A stretch of DNA of 64,000 nucleotides from Lophium mytilinum. Taxonomy: Eukaryota. The notes beneath the pieces are model-generated. The model worked only from the letters and a program-made list of their open reading frames with translations, searched no databases and was not told where the DNA came from. Position 1 is the first letter of the stretch, and each line of letters begins with the position of its first letter. This document shows, piece after piece, positions 59,712 to 64,000 of the stretch. Location: assembly GCA_010093605.1 (NCBI GenBank), contig MU004192.1:690882-754881 (forward strand), in the 5' to 3' direction. The position numbers and the translations under genes are program-made.

Positions 59712-61697
59712 TCAGGCGCTGTGATTCTTCTTGAATATCCCGAACATGCGTCTTAATCGTCCGCCTTTCCGTTTTGGCCTCTTGCCGCCCTTCTCATTCA
59801 GATCTCCGTCGATGAACATGCTAGTGGGCCGACCACTGTCTCCAGTATCCCACAGGCCGGCCGTCGTTTTTACAGAATAATCCACAGAGTTCGCTTTTAC
59901 TCGCTTGGAGGTCGAGCGCCTCGTAGGAGAGGGCGTGGGTGTTTGTTGCGGTGTGGCTTGAGCGATACGGATGGGCGGAGGCTGGACAGGGGCTGCTCGT
60001 TGATCTTGCTGCAGGAGAGAGTTGCGGAATAGCTCCATGCTTTTCTCGCGCTCGCGTTCTACCTCGCTTTCTGGTAGGCTTTGATCTTCGGGGGAAAGAC
60101 CGAAACGCTTGCGGAGGCTGTTTCGGCCGCGTGTCGAGGAGAACGCTGAGCCAGTGGAATTCGACCTTTTAGCACGGGTGGGTTCGGGAGTTGTAGGAGA
60201 TCCTGTGGTGGAGGTCGCACCGGAGGGCGACGGTGTCCGCCCTACGGAATTGCGGTTGATGATCTGGGTGCTGCTACGGAGGAGTTTAGGGAGAGTACGG
60301 CGGTTCTCATCCGGAAACGTCGGGGTGAAGAGGGATGCGGGAGACTCGAGCACTGGCATGGATACAACGCGGGTAGGAACCACAGGGCGGGATTTAGTGG
60401 TTGAAGTCGAGGCGGGATTAGAGGTGTTCAGGGGGGAAAGGCATGGTACGCATGATGCTTTATTGTAGCTGAAGACATTCGACCAGCCTTCGCGAAAGCC
60501 AACCCAGATGCCGGAGATCGTGATCAGCTTGCGAAGGGTGTCTACTGTGGTTATAGGCCCACGTTCAGCGTTCAGGTTCACGGCGTCCATGAAGGAGGCG
60601 GCATCCGACATGACAGAGGGGGTCTGTAGGGGAGTGTGGACCGGTGAAGCCGCATGGGATGACGTGGTCGAGGGCATAGTATACGAATTGAATACGTCGA
60701 TACTGGAGCGAGTCATGGTAGCAATGATAGGATGCCGCCTCGAGTTGGTGCTGATGGTACTGAAGATGAATTTCTTGTCCTCAAACGACCCCGGACTGGG
60801 CAGAGAGGAGGCACGCCTCGACGGACTGTGACGCGCTATCCAACGACACTTCAACTGCAGGCCATGTTCGTCGGTGCAAATGAATTCGTAGCCGCCATTG
60901 GGCATTGGGATCGCCTCCCAGTTGGAACCATCATCCATCAAGATCTCGGTTTTGACTGGCTTGCTCTCCTCTTGCTTCCCGGTGCATATGACGCCAATAA
61001 CGTCGCGGGCGCTGAAGCGCTCGTCGTCGGAGCTTTCGTCGCCATCGGTCAGTCCGTACTGCTCTGCCTTCACGACGAGGAGGTCGGAGGGCCCGAGCTT
61101 GTCCTTGGATTTGAAGACGCGCGCAAACTTCCGGACATGACGGGGCACAAAAACGGCGGAGGGTATTACTTCATACACGGGCTTTGGGCGCTTGGAGGGA
61201 AGCACCTGCTGCAGCTGGAGGTAGACTTTGGGCCGTAGATGGAGCTTCTTGCTAGGGCGTATGGGTGGGGGCGGATGGGCGAGGTTGTAGGTTGTTTTGG
61301 CGCGAGGGTTGCGCTTCTTGCGTCTGGTCTCCTCCGAGGCGGTACTGCCGGACGACGTAGGCCGGGACTGGTCAAAGGAAAGCGGGCGAGAGGCCTCGGG
61401 GTCTGCAAACATTATGTTCTTGCTGGTCTTTGTAGCTCCATCTGAGGCAATCTGGTCGGAGAGGACGGTAGAGGGGAGCTCCAAGGGAGTGACGGGGTAC
61501 TGGGGGCGCCATGAGGCCAGGTTAAAGATGGACAGCGGCGAGCGGGTCGAGGGCGAGGCGTCGGATGGCGAGTCGGCGAAGGATGGTGTGAATTGGGTGC
61601 CGTGTTTGGCTGCGTGGTCGGCAGTCAACATGCTCATGAGCATGGTTCCACGTCTCGCGAGCGCAGGCAGGGCGGTGAGGGGCAGCACATATCCCAC
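59712..61697 (-). CDS. Conserved fungal hypothetical protein, Ser/Pro-rich
   Basis: 661 aa ORF with KTTYNLAHPPP, PKVYLQLQQV, WEAIPMPNGGYEF, FIFSTIS..SRRHPIIATM and LITISGIWV. 5' exon structure uncertain. Confidence 0.7.
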   Translation of the reverse strand: MGYVLPLTALPALARRGTMLMSMLTADHAAKHGTQFTPSFADSPSDASPSTRSPLSIFNLASWRPQYPVTPLELPSTVLSDQIASDGATKTSKNIMFADPEASRPLSFDQSRPTSSGSTASEETRRKKRNPRAKTTYNLAHPPPPIRPSKKLHLRPKVYLQLQQVLPSKRPKPVYEVIPSAVFVPRHVRKFARVFKSKDKLGPSDLLVVKAEQYGLTDGDESSDDERFSARDVIGVICTGKQEESKPVKTEILMDDGSNWEAIPMPNGGYEFICTDEHGLQLKCRWIARHSPSRRASSLPSPGSFEDKKFIFSTISTNSRRHPIIATMTRSSIDVFNSYTMPSTTSSHAASPVHTPLQTPSVMSDAASFMDAVNLNAERGPITTVDTLRKLITISGIWVGFREGWSNVFSYNKASCVPCLSPLNTSNPASTSTTKSRPVVPTRVVSMPVLESPASLFTPTFPDENRRTLPKLLRSSTQIINRNSVGRTPSPSGATSTTGSPTTPEPTRAKRSNSTGSAFSSTRGRNSLRKRFGLSPEDQSLPESEVEREREKSMELFRNSLLQQDQRAAPVQPPPIRIAQATPQQTPTPSPTRRSTSKRVKANSVDYSVKTTAGLWDTGDSGRPTSMFIDGDLNEKGGKRPKRKGGRLRRMFGIFKKNHSA

Positions 61698-63568
61698 CAG
61701 AGGGCAACAAAGGAGAGGTACGTGGTAGGGTCGAAGTCGGGATGGCTCTGAGGATGATGCTGAGGGCAGTCAGGCTTCAGACGCCCGCTCCCCGGGGGGG
61801 GCTTGGCTTATGTTTGAGGCCGTAGTGACTCGTGAGCGCCGGTCCTGAGCTGAGGGCAGGAAGGAGCCTCGCTCGCGTCTAAGCTCCTCCACAGGGCTGA
61901 CTTTGCTTGGCCTGGATGTTTGGAGATCAGCCACGCGCGCCGTCAATGCTCAATGCTGCGGCCGGCTGCAAGGGAGGATGACACGGTACGGGGAGAAATG
62001 TGAGAGACTGCAGGCGACTGCAGAGGGGGCAAGAGGCTGCATAGAGCGACGGGCTTCCATTATGTACGGCGGCCCTGTGCGAATGGGTCGCCGTTCGTTG
62101 ACTCCACCATCTCCACCACCGTTCCTCGACACGGCCTTCGGGCTGCTCAGGCCAGCGTGCACAAGCTGAGCCGGGCGACAGGCTGGAGGCCAAGGTGCGT
62201 AAAAGCGTACAGCAGCGAAACCGCGCGAGCATCGGCCGCCTCGGACTCGAATCTTCCCGCCCCCGACGCTCCGTTGTAATCACCACCACAGCGTACTTCT
62301 CCCGCATTTTGCAGCGTCGAGGTGGCCGCGTCCGGCGATGGACGCGAGCCGCCAGCCGAGAAGGGTTTCGTGTTGTTTGAGCGGCGGCGTCATTGGTTCT
62401 TGCGCGCTGGAAGTCTGCAAAAGGCCCCGTACGGCCGTACACACCGCTATAGCTAGCAGCGTGAGATTCATAACTAGCCTGAAGCCCTCTACTAATCAGA
62501 CGCTGCAAAAGTGAGACTTCTTGCTGCGCAGGAGCAGCAGCACATGGGAGCGCCAGCATCCTCCAGCACCAGAAACCCGGGTCAAAGCAGCGAATAAAGG
62601 CCACCACCACACTTCACGAGACCGCTCATCCGCGGGCTTCCGACCACCCTCTGGCTTGTCGTGGGAATTGCTGCTTGAGGCTCGCGGCTGCCAAGAGAGA
62701 CCAAGACTGATGTACAAGTTTCAGATGTACATTCATCAAATGCACTACAATATACACTAGAGTCGTTACTTACGTGCGCAGCTAGCCCGTTACCACTCAG
62801 CAGCCTGCCATTACGTGAGGGGCTGCTACCTGCATTCGGCCGTATCGTGATATTGTAATAGGCACCTCGCTGCTGACACTGAAAATGAAGCTGCTCCCGC
62901 TGGCAGGATGCTGCCGGAAACCTCGATCACTCAATTCTTCTTGGTGTATCCATATTGGATCGTCAAATATGCCTCAAACAGGCAAGAAAGCGAACTGCGC
63001 GCTCGGAGGGGTTGCTCGTCTTCCCTCGCAGCGAGCATTGCCGCGCCATTTCTCCCACGCCTCTTCGCTGTTCGTCCAACATGTACAGGGGAGTAAGTTC
63101 TAGTTTCACCCTGTGACTTGACTGCCGGCTGCGCTGCGATGCCCGCATTCCTCGTATACTTGCCCGTTGAGGCCCCCAAGCCGGCGGCTGGCCATACGGA
63201 TCCTCCACGGTCCCTCCACGGATCCTCCCGTCTTGACACCGCTCTCACACAGGCACTTGCATTGCAAGGTTGACCTGTGATGGGTCCAAGGTTGACATCT
63301 AGATCCTGGCCTACGGTCTTGCTGCCAAGCATATTCTCCGCCGACGTGCCTCGTTCAAGCTAATGTACGGATCGGCGGCGTGCCCGAAGCCCGTCGCGGA
63401 CGACTTCGGACGACACACCTCGTACACGACCCAGGTATTCGAAAAAATTTAACGGCAAACGAACCACCCAGCCACAGGCTCGAACAATCGCCCACACCCT
63501 CCCGGTTTCTTCTTGCCTCGCCCAGCCCGTCGGCATCCCGGTTACTCATTCGGCCCACTCCATGCCAC

Positions 63569-64000
63569 ATGGCAGTCTCTGCCGCTGGGGCGCGCGCCCG
63601 TGACTTGGTGTCATGGTTTGAGAGCAACGGAGGCCAGAAGAGTCTGGCTGTAGAGCTGGCTGAGGATGAGCAGCATGCCTTTCACTTTCGAGCACTGTCC
63701 GACGTCGACAGCCAGGAGTCTGCGTCAAAGTTCAAGATTTGCTCATGTCCCACAACACTATCACTTTCCTATCTCAACATCATACCCGTCGGAGAAAAAG
63801 TCCTCGATGGCGTATCTGTTCGTTTCTGTGGTGGGAACCTGACGCCGTTATGGGATGTCGTCCCCTCCCACATTCTTTCCCGTTTCGTACTCCTCGAACA
63901 GACCGCGCTCAAGGACCACTCATTCTGGGCCCCATACATCAATGCTTTGCCTACGGCCTTTGATACGCTCATGTACTTTGAGCCCGAAGACCTCAAGTGG
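63569..64000 (+). CDS. SET-domain (Rubisco-LSMT-like) lysine methyltransferase, 5' part (runs off window)
   Basis: Open from ATG 63569 to the edge: LVSWFESNGG..., ICSCPTTLSLS, LSRFVLLEQ...SFWAPYINALP..FDTLMYFEPEDLKW. Confidence 0.75.
   Translation, partial: MAVSAAGARARDLVSWFESNGGQKSLAVELAEDEQHAFHFRALSDVDSQESASKFKICSCPTTLSLSYLNIIPVGEKVLDGVSVRFCGGNLTPLWDVVPSHILSRFVLLEQTALKDHSFWAPYINALPTAFDTLMYFEPEDLKW

Noticed and set aside
61750..63500. Several 60-227 aa ORFs in the long intergenic region
   Set aside because: No motifs and mutually overlapping; consistent with a GC-rich divergent promoter/UTR region.

Overview
Gene-dense, intron-containing eukaryotic DNA from a filamentous ascomycete (Pezizomycotina-like: short GT..CTRAC..YAG introns, a Zn2Cys6 factor). 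It holds about 28 protein-coding loci. Conserved genes include HIS5, kinesin-1 heavy chain, RAD6/UBC2, TAM41, BIR1/survivin, a cis-prenyltransferase and an acyl-CoA dehydrogenase. No rRNA, tRNA, CRISPR or intact transposon was recognised. Four things stand out. (1) An intact, apparently intronless rvt-type cellular reverse transcriptase gene (12867-15737) whose catalytic motifs are altered (xHDD to RDE, GKYR to KEYC) and which carries a CxxC plus poly-proline insertion. (2) A four-exon, ~970 aa gene (34430-37512) that the ORF track splits into pieces. It appears to fuse an OTU-like domain lacking its catalytic Cys to a DEDDy 3'-5' exonuclease, and two decayed tandem paralog fragments precede it. 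(3) A PARP-catalytic/UBE2Q-type E2 fusion gene. (4) A ~140-bp degenerate repeat array (41.9-42.95 kb) that may be a decayed exon+intron tandem-repeat gene. All assignments come from motif recognition by eye. No searches were run, and exon boundaries are inferred.
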